Positions 1-6,935 of a stretch of 21,923 nucleotides of DNA are shown here, piece by piece. A model generated the notes under the pieces. That model saw only the letters and a program-made list of their open reading frames with translations. It was not told where the DNA came from and searched no databases. A program made the translations under genes and the position numbers. This DNA is from Candidatus Nanopusillus sp. (GTDB lineage Archaea; Nanobdellota; Nanobdellia; Nanobdellales; Nanobdellaceae), in NCBI GenBank assembly GCA_046536775.1, contig JAWDMD010000007.1, forward strand, positions 1 through 21,923. The letters run 5' to 3'. Each line of letters begins with the position of its first letter. Positions within the stretch are counted from its first letter, which is position 1.

Positions 1-542
1 ATTTATCATTTGAAAAAGAAAAAATTAATGAAAAAATAAAATTAGAAAATGAAGATCCATTATTTATTATTAATTATAATCCATCAATATATTCATTAAG
101 ATATACATTTCCAGTATATTTAATTTTCTCTATATATTTTGTTACATTCTTAATTTCAGAATATTATAACCCAAATATACTATCTTTAGCTTTATTATTT
201 TTTATTACTTCAATTGTATATTATATTGCATTGAAATATTATGAAAAAGCAAAAAACTATTATATAATATTTACAAATAAGAGATTGATATTAATTGAAA
301 ATGAAAATATAAGGTCAATAGAAAATTCATATATAAATAATATAGAAATATATCAGAGTTCATATGAGAGAATTAAAAAGTCATATACAATAAAAATTTA
401 TACCCATACATTTTTATTAAATAAAAGCGTAAGTTTAACAATTGAATTACCTTTGCTTAAAAAAGAGGATATGGAAAAAATGAGAGAAATTATTTTAAAT
501 AATATACCTAAGAAGTCTGAGCAGGCGAAACCTGTTCCTTAA
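1..542 (+). CDS. Membrane protein with bacterial-type PH domain (bPH_2/YdbT-like), 5'-partial
   Basis: The frame of the listed 231..542 ORF stays open back to the window edge (in frame from nt 3). It reads LSFEKEK...YTFPVYLIFSIYFVTFLISEYY...LSLALLFFITSIVYYIAL, two hydrophobic helices, followed by YYIIFTNKRLILIENENIRSI. That is the typical TM-TM then 'yiiTnkRlii' layout of bPH_2 proteins. The TTG at 231 is therefore probably not the start. Confidence 0.55.
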   Translation, partial: LSFEKEKINEKIKLENEDPLFIINYNPSIYSLRYTFPVYLIFSIYFVTFLISEYYNPNILSLALLFFITSIVYYIALKYYEKAKNYYIIFTNKRLILIENENIRSIENSYINNIEIYQSSYERIKKSYTIKIYTHTFLLNKSVSLTIELPLLKKEDMEKMREIILNNIPKKSEQAKPVP

Positions 543-831
543 ATTTTTCTAAATGTGCTGGATGAACAATTATAGTTTTTTCTTTTCCTTTATCATTTAC
601 TAAAACTTCATAACATTTTCCCCTCCTTCCCAAAACTATTCCAACCATTCCGTGGTACTTTGGATGTGGCATTGTTTTATTATATGTAGGATCAATCTTT
701 ATTACAACTTTGTCATTTATATTGAATTCTTGTAATATTTTCCTTATCTTTATTTTACCATGTTCCCTTACATGTAATGATAATTTATCCCTTGTTTTTC
801 TCCTAGACCCCTTTCCTTTTCTTGCAGTCAT
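508..831 (-). CDS. rpl21e: 50S ribosomal protein L21e
   Basis: KGKGSRRKTRDKL...LQEFNINDKVVIKIDPTYNKTMPHPKYHGMVGIVLGRRGKCYEVLV..KEKTIIVHPAHL matches the archaeal L21e pattern (..PHPRFHG.TG.V.G.RG.ay.V). Its 3' end overlaps the convergent CDS by 35 nt. Confidence 0.9.
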   Translation of the reverse strand: MTARKGKGSRRKTRDKLSLHVREHGKIKIRKILQEFNINDKVVIKIDPTYNKTMPHPKYHGMVGIVLGRRGKCYEVLVNDKGKEKTIIVHPAHLEKFKEQVSPAQTS

Positions 832-883
832 TAAATTAAAAGTTCATGATATATTTTTAAATAATATTTAAAAAGATATATAA
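832..883. promoter_or_regulatory. Putative shared bidirectional promoter (central TTTAAA at 856..861) for rpl21e and rpoF
   Basis: This is a 52-nt divergent spacer. The palindromic TTTAAA is centred 27.5 nt from the A of the rpl21e ATG (831) and 25.5 nt from the A of the rpoF ATG (884), which is archaeal TATA-box distance if both mRNAs are leaderless. The evidence is weak because the DNA is AT-rich. Confidence 0.3.
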
Positions 884-1201
884 ATGGAAGTACTGAATAA
901 AAAGATTATAACACCTTCAAATGTTAAAAATATATTATCGAAAAATAAAGAGAAGAGAAATTTATTATATGTAGAAGAAAGGACATTAAAATTCCTTAAT
1001 GTTACATATAAGTTGGATGAAAAACAGGAAAAAGAAATATTAGAAGAATTAAAGGATATAAATTTACCGGATGAAGTAAAAATACAAATATTGGAAATGT
1101 TGCCAAAAAATGAAGAGGAATTAAGAACAGTATTATATACGCATTCTCTAAGCAAACAAGATATGGAAAAAATATTAGATGTAATAAAGAAATATGGATA
1201 G
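884..1201 (+). CDS. rpoF: DNA-directed RNA polymerase subunit Rpo4/F
   Basis: A 105-aa helical, K/E-rich protein. Its position next to rpl21e and immediately upstream of DUF655 (8-nt overlap, ATGGATAG) is the conserved archaeal L21e-RpoF-DUF655 neighbourhood. The size and the C-terminal LP..EEELR..L......EKIL pattern fit the Rpb4/RpoF family. Confidence 0.7.
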   Translation: MEVLNKKIITPSNVKNILSKNKEKRNLLYVEERTLKFLNVTYKLDEKQEKEILEELKDINLPDEVKIQILEMLPKNEEELRTVLYTHSLSKQDMEKILDVIKKYG

Positions 1202-1733
1202 AAGAGAAGATTATTCAATTGTAATATATTATTTACCTGGGGGAGATCCCACAAAAAATATAAAAGAGCCAGTAGTATATGCTGTAGGAAGGGATTACTT
1301 TACATTATTACTACTAACATTAAAACCTGGTGCTACAGTAAATTTATTTGAAGAATTATATATTGGAAATAAACAAAGGGATAAAGTAAGATCTATATTA
1401 AAAAGGTTGTCGTTTGATGAATTACCAGAAATTGCAAAAGCAAATTTAGAAAAGGCTATAAAGGACTTAATAGCTAAAAATGAAAAAAGGTTTGTAGATT
1501 TCTTTAATAAAGCTGGTCCATTGAATATTAGAATTCATACTTTAGAATTATTACCAGATATCGGAAAAGTAACTGTGCAAAAAATTATAGAAGAAAGACA
1601 GAAAAAACCATTTGAATCATTTAAAGATATTGAAGATAGAGTAAAAGGAATTAAAAATATACAAAACATAATTTATGAAAGAATAATTAGAGAGTTATCT
1701 GGAAAAGAAAAGACAAAATTATTCACTATCTAG
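1194..1733 (+). CDS. DUF655 family protein (COG1491; predicted OB-fold + helix-hairpin-helix nucleic-acid-binding protein)
   Basis: EDYSIVIYYLPGG...YFTLLLL..KPG...ELYIG...RDKV...RL.FDEL...A..NLE.AI..LI..NEKRFVDFFNKAGPLNIRIHTLELLPDIGK is the family signature (FFNKAGP...H.LELLPGIGKK). The synteny with rpoF also fits. Confidence 0.85.
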   Translation: MDRREDYSIVIYYLPGGDPTKNIKEPVVYAVGRDYFTLLLLTLKPGATVNLFEELYIGNKQRDKVRSILKRLSFDELPEIAKANLEKAIKDLIAKNEKRFVDFFNKAGPLNIRIHTLELLPDIGKVTVQKIIEERQKKPFESFKDIEDRVKGIKNIQNIIYERIIRELSGKEKTKLFTI

Positions 1734-1994
1734 CTCCATATTATTCATTTTTGATTTTATCTTTAAATATTTCTCATAACCTTTTAATTCAATATTACTC
1801 TTTTCCTTTATATTAACTAATAATAATTGTTTCATGAATTTTTTCCATTTCCTTTTATTCATTGAAACATTCCTTAAATGGGATTTCATCAAATGTCTGC
1901 TATATTTCTTACTATCTACAAATATATGACCACATAATGGACATCTAAATATTTCCCTCCCATTTCTATCAATTTCTCTTATAGCATGTAGCAT
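1719..1994 (-). CDS. Small basic protein with a single classical C2H2 zinc finger
   Basis: FRCPLCGHIFVDSKKYSRHLMKSH has C-X2-C-X3-F-X5-Y-X2-H-X4-H spacing, and the C-terminal half is Lys-rich. Its 3' end overlaps the convergent DUF655 gene by 15 nt. Confidence 0.6.
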   Translation of the reverse strand: MLHAIREIDRNGREIFRCPLCGHIFVDSKKYSRHLMKSHLRNVSMNKRKWKKFMKQLLLVNIKEKSNIELKGYEKYLKIKSKMNNMELDSE

Positions 1995-2024
1995 TTTTTA
2001 TATATTTATAATAACCTTTAAAAA

Positions 2025-2699
2025 TTATTTATTTTGAACTAAAAACATTGAATGATCAATATGGTATGGTTCTAATCTTACTTCTTTTATTATCTTTAAT
2101 CCATAATCTTCCAATCCCCTTCTTACTTCCCTAAATATTTCCTTTGGATCTCTAGATACATCTATTGATCTGGCTTTTACTGCTAAGAATCCATATCCTT
2201 TATTCTTTAAATAATATTCAATATTTTTAATAAATATCTTTATCTGATGTGGTTGTGCAACATCTTGATATAATAAATCAACCTTTGTAACAATATCTAA
2301 ATACTCCCATGGTTTATCAGCATCTGCCAATATTCCGATAATATTCTTTCTATCATATAATACTGGAACTAGATCTCTTAAGATCCTTGGAGAAATATCT
2401 ACACCAAATATTAATCCATTTTTATCAACTATATCAGAAATATGAGACGCAGTTGTACCAGATGCAACACCCAAATATAATATTTTATCACCTTTATCAA
2501 TTGGTACCTCTCCAATATTTTTCTTAATTGCTGCTGCTAATTTAGATCTATTTGTAATCCATTCCCTATATTCTTCATTATTATATTTTACCAATCTTTC
2601 TTCATATACAATTTTTCCAGGTACCAAATTCTTTGTATATAATCTTCCTTTTTCATCAATAAATATATTCTTATTCTCCTTTAATGGTCTTAATTTCAT
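2025..2699 (-). CDS. flpA: Fibrillarin-like rRNA/tRNA 2'-O-methyltransferase
   Basis: REW..NRSKLAAAI...G.KILYLGVASGTTASHISDIV...G.IFGVDISPR..RDL......R.NI..ILADA..P is the fibrillarin SAM-binding signature. The start overlaps the nop5 stop by 4 nt (ATGA). Confidence 0.92.
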   Translation of the reverse strand: MKLRPLKENKNIFIDEKGRLYTKNLVPGKIVYEERLVKYNNEEYREWITNRSKLAAAIKKNIGEVPIDKGDKILYLGVASGTTASHISDIVDKNGLIFGVDISPRILRDLVPVLYDRKNIIGILADADKPWEYLDIVTKVDLLYQDVAQPHQIKIFIKNIEYYLKNKGYGFLAVKARSIDVSRDPKEIFREVRRGLEDYGLKIIKEVRLEPYHIDHSMFLVQNK

Positions 2700-3679
2700 T
2701 TTTCAGATAATTCCTTATATCTTTTATCCAATTCTTCCTTCAATTTCTGATATATTATTTTTCCACTCAAATCTGCTTTTACTGCGATAGATATTTTTGA
2801 TGCTAATGTTCTAGCCATTGCTCCTCTTCTTTTTAGAGATATTTTTTGTATATATGGATGATTAAATATTACACCATGTTTTGGAGGTTTTATACCTTTA
2901 GATAGATGCAAAAACAATGCTTTTTCTGCACCTAAAACCTGTATTGTTGAAGAAGGTAATAATGATAGTTCTTTTAATCCACCAGCTAATAATATTAATC
3001 TTGCACCTATTTTTGGGGTAGCAATTTCTGATAAATTTGGAGCGATTTCCTTCATCAATTTTTCAATATAATCTTCTAAATCTTTTCTTAAATCATATAT
3101 TTCCTTTATTTTTAATGATATTTCGTTTATTATTTCCAAATCTTCTTCCTTAAATATTTTTCCACCCATTGTTTTATTAATATTATATTTTTTCATTAAT
3201 TCTTCCCTATTTGAATTTATAATTGTTCTTATAAATTTTTCATGGTCTTCAATTTCTTGAGAAATTTCTGGAAAATATAATCCATACCACTCTCTAAATC
3301 TCTCCATAAATAAATTCAATGATTTATTTAAATCATCAAGAAAACTTATTGCTTGGATTATCATTTCATCCCTACTTATTGAATCCGATATTTGTTCCTT
3401 TAATAAATCAATAAGTAATTTATTATTAATCCTTTCTTCTCCAATTTTTTCTAATACCTTTCTTATTATACTTATATCTTCTGTATATTTATATCCATCA
3501 AATCTTTGTCCAATAAAAATGTCCTTTTCCTTTATATAATTTTTTACCTTTTCGGGTAACTTACTTTTATATATTCCCTTTAAATCCTCTGAATCTAATT
3601 CAACATTAATTTTCTGAAAATTTTCTAAATTATCATCAAATATATATAATCCATTATATCTCAATAAAATATAACTCAT
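2696..3679 (-). CDS. nop5: C/D box sRNP core protein Nop5 (Nop56/58 homologue)
   Basis: The Nop domain is recognisable: AP.LSEIATPKIGARLILLAGGLKELSLLPSSTIQVLGAEKALFLHL...KPPKHGVIFNHPYI. The gene is translationally coupled to flpA downstream and to rps10 upstream. Confidence 0.9.
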   Translation of the reverse strand: MSYILLRYNGLYIFDDNLENFQKINVELDSEDLKGIYKSKLPEKVKNYIKEKDIFIGQRFDGYKYTEDISIIRKVLEKIGEERINNKLLIDLLKEQISDSISRDEMIIQAISFLDDLNKSLNLFMERFREWYGLYFPEISQEIEDHEKFIRTIINSNREELMKKYNINKTMGGKIFKEEDLEIINEISLKIKEIYDLRKDLEDYIEKLMKEIAPNLSEIATPKIGARLILLAGGLKELSLLPSSTIQVLGAEKALFLHLSKGIKPPKHGVIFNHPYIQKISLKRRGAMARTLASKISIAVKADLSGKIIYQKLKEELDKRYKELSEK

Positions 3680-3990
3680 TTTAGTATCTTTAATGATATC
3701 CTAAATCCTTTCGATGGAATTTGCATATTTATAAAATAATTTTTGAAAAACCTCTCATCATTTGCAACATCCAAAAATCTTCTATATACTCTTATTTGAT
3801 ATGTTTCATATATTTTTGTACCTCTCTTTCCCAATGTTCTCATAGTGGGTATTCTAATTATTCTTGTTGGTAGATTAACAGGACCTCTCTTTTCGATACC
3901 CAATTGTTCAATTATCTTTAACAATTGATTAGTAAACTGATTCATTGTTTTTAAATCTGTTCCCCACATTTTAATCCTTATCATTGACAT
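3676..3990 (-). CDS. rps10: 30S ribosomal protein S10 (uS10)
   Basis: IRIKMWGTD...L......I..I.EQLGIEKRGPVNLPTRIIRIPTMR......GTK.YETYQIRVYRRFLDV.ANDE follows the archaeal uS10 pattern (GP.PLPT...., w..wemRvHkRlidi). There is a 4-nt overlap with nop5. Confidence 0.88.
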   Translation of the reverse strand: MSMIRIKMWGTDLKTMNQFTNQLLKIIEQLGIEKRGPVNLPTRIIRIPTMRTLGKRGTKIYETYQIRVYRRFLDVANDERFFKNYFINMQIPSKGFRISLKILK

Positions 3991-4014
3991 AAATTCATAA
4001 TATATATTATATTT

Positions 4015-5895
4015 TTAAATACTTTCTACAGGTTCAATTTTCAGTATATAGAATATTTTATCCAATATTTCTTTTGTTAAATATACTAAGAATAATCTGT
4101 GTGGATATTTGTCTTTATAATTTAATATTGGAACATTCTGATAAAATTCGTTAAATGATCTAACCAAATCTATTAGATATCTATACAAATGATTTAATTC
4201 CAATGATTTTTCAATATCATAAATTAAATCTTTAAACCTAAATAAATTAATAATTAGTTTTTCTTCATATTTATTTAATTCATTTATTTCAAATTCTTCA
4301 GGTATTTTATCAACTTTATTTAATAATGATTTTATCCTTGCATATGTATATAAAAAGTATATTGCATTTCCCTCTTCCAAATTTAACATTTTATCAATAT
4401 CAAACAATATTGTTGTATTTCTATCATACTTTAACATTTCTAGTGATATAAAACTTTTTACTACCTTTTCAACAGTTTTTTTATCTTTAAACTTATCACT
4501 TGCAATATTATACAATTTTTCATATAGATCATCAACATTTATATATAATCCTTTCCTTCCAGACATTTTTATATCCTCATTTATTCCAAATATTCTTGCA
4601 GTATTTTTATGCAATCTAACCAATCCATATCCATAATATATATATTTAGATTCCCTATCAATTTCTTCAATTATTTCTTTTACCATTAATTGATTATGCA
4701 TTTGTTCCATTCCAATTACATTTACTGAAATCTTACATGGTTCAATTTCTTTTCCATTATTATTTATTTCATATACATATTCTCCATTTGGTTGTTTTAG
4801 ATATTCTTTAAATTTAATACCTGGTCTAATTATACCATGCTTCCACATTGCATATGCAATATCTTTTGCAATATATGTAGTAGTTCCATTTGACCTTACG
4901 AGAACCTTTTCTTTATTTGAATATGCTTTATATATATCCTCCCACCTTGTTAAATCCAAAGAAACTGTACCATTCCTTTTTATCATTTTATTTTCTTCCA
5001 ATATTTTTAATGCACTATCAAATAATTTGTATCTTAATATATCAGATTCTCTAATGATTAGATTAAAATATATATTAAATTTCCATAATGTATTTAGTTG
5101 TTCAAATAAAATTCTGTCAGATATTTTTTTAGATAAATAATATACATCATTATTACCCTCTTCAATCATCTTTATAATATTATATTTATATTTTTCCAAT
5201 TCTGGAATTATTTCATATAATTTATTAACTATTACATATATAAAATCCCCATAATAATGATCAAACTTTTCAGGAACCTCATATCCATATAAATTTTTCA
5301 ATATATTCATTCTTTCCAAAAATATTTTCCTGATTTTTTCTTCATATTCTTCCTTATATAGATTCTCTCTTATTAAAAACTCCTTAATATTATTTATTAC
5401 ATTTTCTAAGTTGAAATCTTTTGGTTCTTCAGGTATCTTTAAATAATATATTCCCAAAATATTATCACTAACCTGAACTCCAGTATCATCTATATAATTT
5501 ATTACATATACATCATAATTTAATGTTTTAAACAATCTATATAGAGAATCTCCAATAGTTGAATTCCTTAAATGCCCTATATGCAATGCTTTATTTGGAT
5601 TTGCAGATGTATGCTCCAAAAATACTCTAATATTCTTTTTTTCAAAATCAAATAATCTTTTATAATTTTCCAATAATTTTCCTTTATTCAATTTAATATT
5701 TAAATACCCATTTATAAATTTATAATCCAAAACAAAATCCTTTATTTTTTCAATTATTTCATTTATTAATATATTTGGATCTTTTCCTTTTTTAATTTCT
5801 TTGAATAATTTAATTGATATATCATAATCTAAATTTTTTGGAGGTTCAGAAAATTCTATATCATAATCTTTTAATCTTTCTCTTATTATCCACAT
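4015..5895 (-). CDS. argS: Arginine--tRNA ligase
   Basis: The class I HIGH region reads FLEHTSANPNKALHIGHLRNSTIGDSL, which is ArgRS-specific (SANP..PLHIGH.RN). The MSGRKG element stands in place of MSTR.G, and a C-terminal DALR-like anticodon-binding region is present. Confidence 0.92.
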   Translation of the reverse strand: MWIIRERLKDYDIEFSEPPKNLDYDISIKLFKEIKKGKDPNILINEIIEKIKDFVLDYKFINGYLNIKLNKGKLLENYKRLFDFEKKNIRVFLEHTSANPNKALHIGHLRNSTIGDSLYRLFKTLNYDVYVINYIDDTGVQVSDNILGIYYLKIPEEPKDFNLENVINNIKEFLIRENLYKEEYEEKIRKIFLERMNILKNLYGYEVPEKFDHYYGDFIYVIVNKLYEIIPELEKYKYNIIKMIEEGNNDVYYLSKKISDRILFEQLNTLWKFNIYFNLIIRESDILRYKLFDSALKILEENKMIKRNGTVSLDLTRWEDIYKAYSNKEKVLVRSNGTTTYIAKDIAYAMWKHGIIRPGIKFKEYLKQPNGEYVYEINNNGKEIEPCKISVNVIGMEQMHNQLMVKEIIEEIDRESKYIYYGYGLVRLHKNTARIFGINEDIKMSGRKGLYINVDDLYEKLYNIASDKFKDKKTVEKVVKSFISLEMLKYDRNTTILFDIDKMLNLEEGNAIYFLYTYARIKSLLNKVDKIPEEFEINELNKYEEKLIINLFRFKDLIYDIEKSLELNHLYRYLIDLVRSFNEFYQNVPILNYKDKYPHRLFLVYLTKEILDKIFYILKIEPVESI

Positions 5896-5947
5896 AAAAA
5901 TTGATTTTTATAAAAAGTTTAAAAATTTGGCAATTGCATAAAAATTT
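5896..5947. promoter_or_regulatory. Putative shared bidirectional promoter (central TTTAAA at 5918..5923) for argS and the pilin-like gene
   Basis: This is a second 52-nt divergent spacer. TTTAAA is centred 25.5 nt from the argS ATG (5895) and 27.5 nt from the 5948 ATG, the same geometry as 832..883. A perfect palindrome, TTTTTATAAAAA, also lies at 5905..5916. Confidence 0.3.
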
Positions 5948-6280
5948 ATGGTAAGAAAAGGTCAGTCATTATCAATTGATACAATAATTATAATTGTATT
6001 AGGACTTGTTGTTTTAACCTTTATAGTATTACTCTTTACAGGTACATTTTCTAAAGGAGTAACTGGAACAAATAATGTATTAAATCCGGCATTGAATCAA
6101 ACAAATCAGACTGGCCAATTAATCAATAATTTATCAAATCAGGTAAATGGAGGATCTGGTTCATCAAGTACATCTACAAGTAGTACATCTACTACAACAA
6201 GTAATACACAATCGACCACTACATCTAGTCCATCAGGTACACTTTGCAAGGGTTCGGCAGGGGGGATATGTGTTCGCTAA
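5948..6280 (+). CDS. Class III signal peptide (archaeal type IV pilin-like) secreted protein with a Ser/Thr-rich, sequon-rich tail
   Basis: The N-terminus MVRKGQSLSIDTIIIIVLGLVVLTFIVLLF fits the archaeal prepilin pattern (K-G-Q-x-S-x-[ED] followed by a hydrophobic helix). It is followed by NQT, NQT and NLS sequons, an S/T-rich tract (SSSTSTSSTSTTTSNTQSTTTSS) and a C-terminal Cys pair (LCKGSAGGICVR). Confidence 0.5.
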   Translation: MVRKGQSLSIDTIIIIVLGLVVLTFIVLLFTGTFSKGVTGTNNVLNPALNQTNQTGQLINNLSNQVNGGSGSSSTSTSSTSTTTSNTQSTTTSSPSGTLCKGSAGGICVR

Positions 6281-6318
6281 TCTGCTATAAGTCCATCTTT
6301 TATATAATAAATTAAAAT

Positions 6319-6507
6319 ATGAAAAGGTCTGATGCCATAGATTTTGTAATTCTTTTAATAATTGGACTTGTTGTTTTAGTAGTAGTTATAATTTTTGTAG
6401 TCCCTCAAACTTCGATAATCTCATCATCTCAACAAAATTTATCAAATACATCAAATAATGCTTTAAATCAAACATTTGGAAATATATCAAATAATTATAA
6501 TATTTAA
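6319..6507 (+). CDS. Short paralogue of the pilin-like protein (N-terminal hydrophobic helix plus N-glycosylation sequons)
   Basis: MKRSDAIDFVILLIIGLVVLVVVIIFVV aligns with SLSIDTIIIIVLGLVVLTFIVLLF of the upstream gene. It shares the ALNQT motif and carries NLS, NTS, NQT and NIS sequons. The cleavage site is less canonical because there is no Gly. Confidence 0.4.
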   Translation: MKRSDAIDFVILLIIGLVVLVVVIIFVVPQTSIISSSQQNLSNTSNNALNQTFGNISNNYNI

Positions 6508-6522
6508 AATTGGTTTCGGTCT

Positions 6523-6593
6523 TGGGCCCGGGGGGATTCGAACCCCCGTCAATGGGTCTGGAGCCCAACGTCCTGCCACTAGACTACGGGCCC
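6523..6593 (-). tRNA. tRNA-Trp (anticodon CCA), no intron, CCA tail not encoded
   Basis: The minus-strand read is GGGCCCG-TA-GTCT-AGTGGCA-GGAC-G-TTGGG-CTCCAGA-CCCAT-TGAC-GGGGG-TTCGAAT-CCCCC-CGGGCCC-A. This is a full cloverleaf with U33 and anticodon CCA. There is one U:U mismatch at 27:43. Confidence 0.9.
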
Positions 6594-6898
6594 TAAAATT
6601 CTTCCTCAATCTTTAAATATCCTTTCTTTTTTAACCATTCAACTTCTGAATTTGTATATGAATACAATATATCTCCCTTTTTATCAGATTGTAATTCCCA
6701 GGGTTCTACTAATACATATGTACCTTTTTTTAACCATATATTTCTATGCATCTTCTTATTTTGTGGAACTCTACATATCCTTGTTTTTCCATCAAAACAT
6801 CTTACTCTTGCATGCGCCCAACCAACAACCTCTTCAATTATCCCTATAACCTGCCTATCTTTAGGGACAGGAATTCCTTCTTCTTCGAAAAGAGACAT
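6593..6898 (-). CDS. eif1a: Translation initiation factor aIF-1A
   Basis: GIIEEVVGWAHARVRCFDGKTRICRVPQNKKMHRNIWLKKGTYVLVEPWELQSDKKGDILYSYT..EVEWLKKKGYL is the S1-like OB fold signature of eIF1A/aIF1A. The final G of its TAG stop (6595..6593) is also nucleotide +1 of tRNA-Trp. Confidence 0.9.
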   Translation of the reverse strand: MSLFEEEGIPVPKDRQVIGIIEEVVGWAHARVRCFDGKTRICRVPQNKKMHRNIWLKKGTYVLVEPWELQSDKKGDILYSYTNSEVEWLKKKGYLKIEEEF

Positions 6899-6935
6899 TT
6901 AAAAAAAATATTATAAATTAAACATTAGCAACTTA

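Noticed and set aside
231-542. TTG at 231 as the start of a 103-aa protein
   Set aside because: The same frame is open to the window edge and encodes two upstream TM helices that belong to the bPH_2 architecture. The gene is 5'-partial and does not start at 231.
868-1254. 128-aa minus-strand ORF
   Set aside because: It is antisense to rpoF and the DUF655 start. Its F/S/N/I/L low-complexity translation is typical of a shadow ORF in AT-rich DNA, and it would cross the rpl21e/rpoF promoter spacer.
6236-6280. Local GC-rich patch (GGTTCGGCAGGGGGGATATGTGTTCGC), considered as a split-tRNA half or other structured RNA
   Set aside because: It has no T-arm or acceptor complementarity, no convincing hairpin and no partner sequence in the window. 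It is fully explained as the codons for the Gly/Cys/Ala-rich C-terminus (CKGSAGGICVR) of the pilin-like protein.
6386-6568. 60-aa minus-strand ORF
   Set aside because: It runs through the tRNA-Trp gene and lies antisense to the second pilin-like ORF. It is spurious.
6652-6849. 65-aa plus-strand ORF
   Set aside because: It is antisense to the well-supported aIF-1A gene and has a low-complexity hydrophobic translation.
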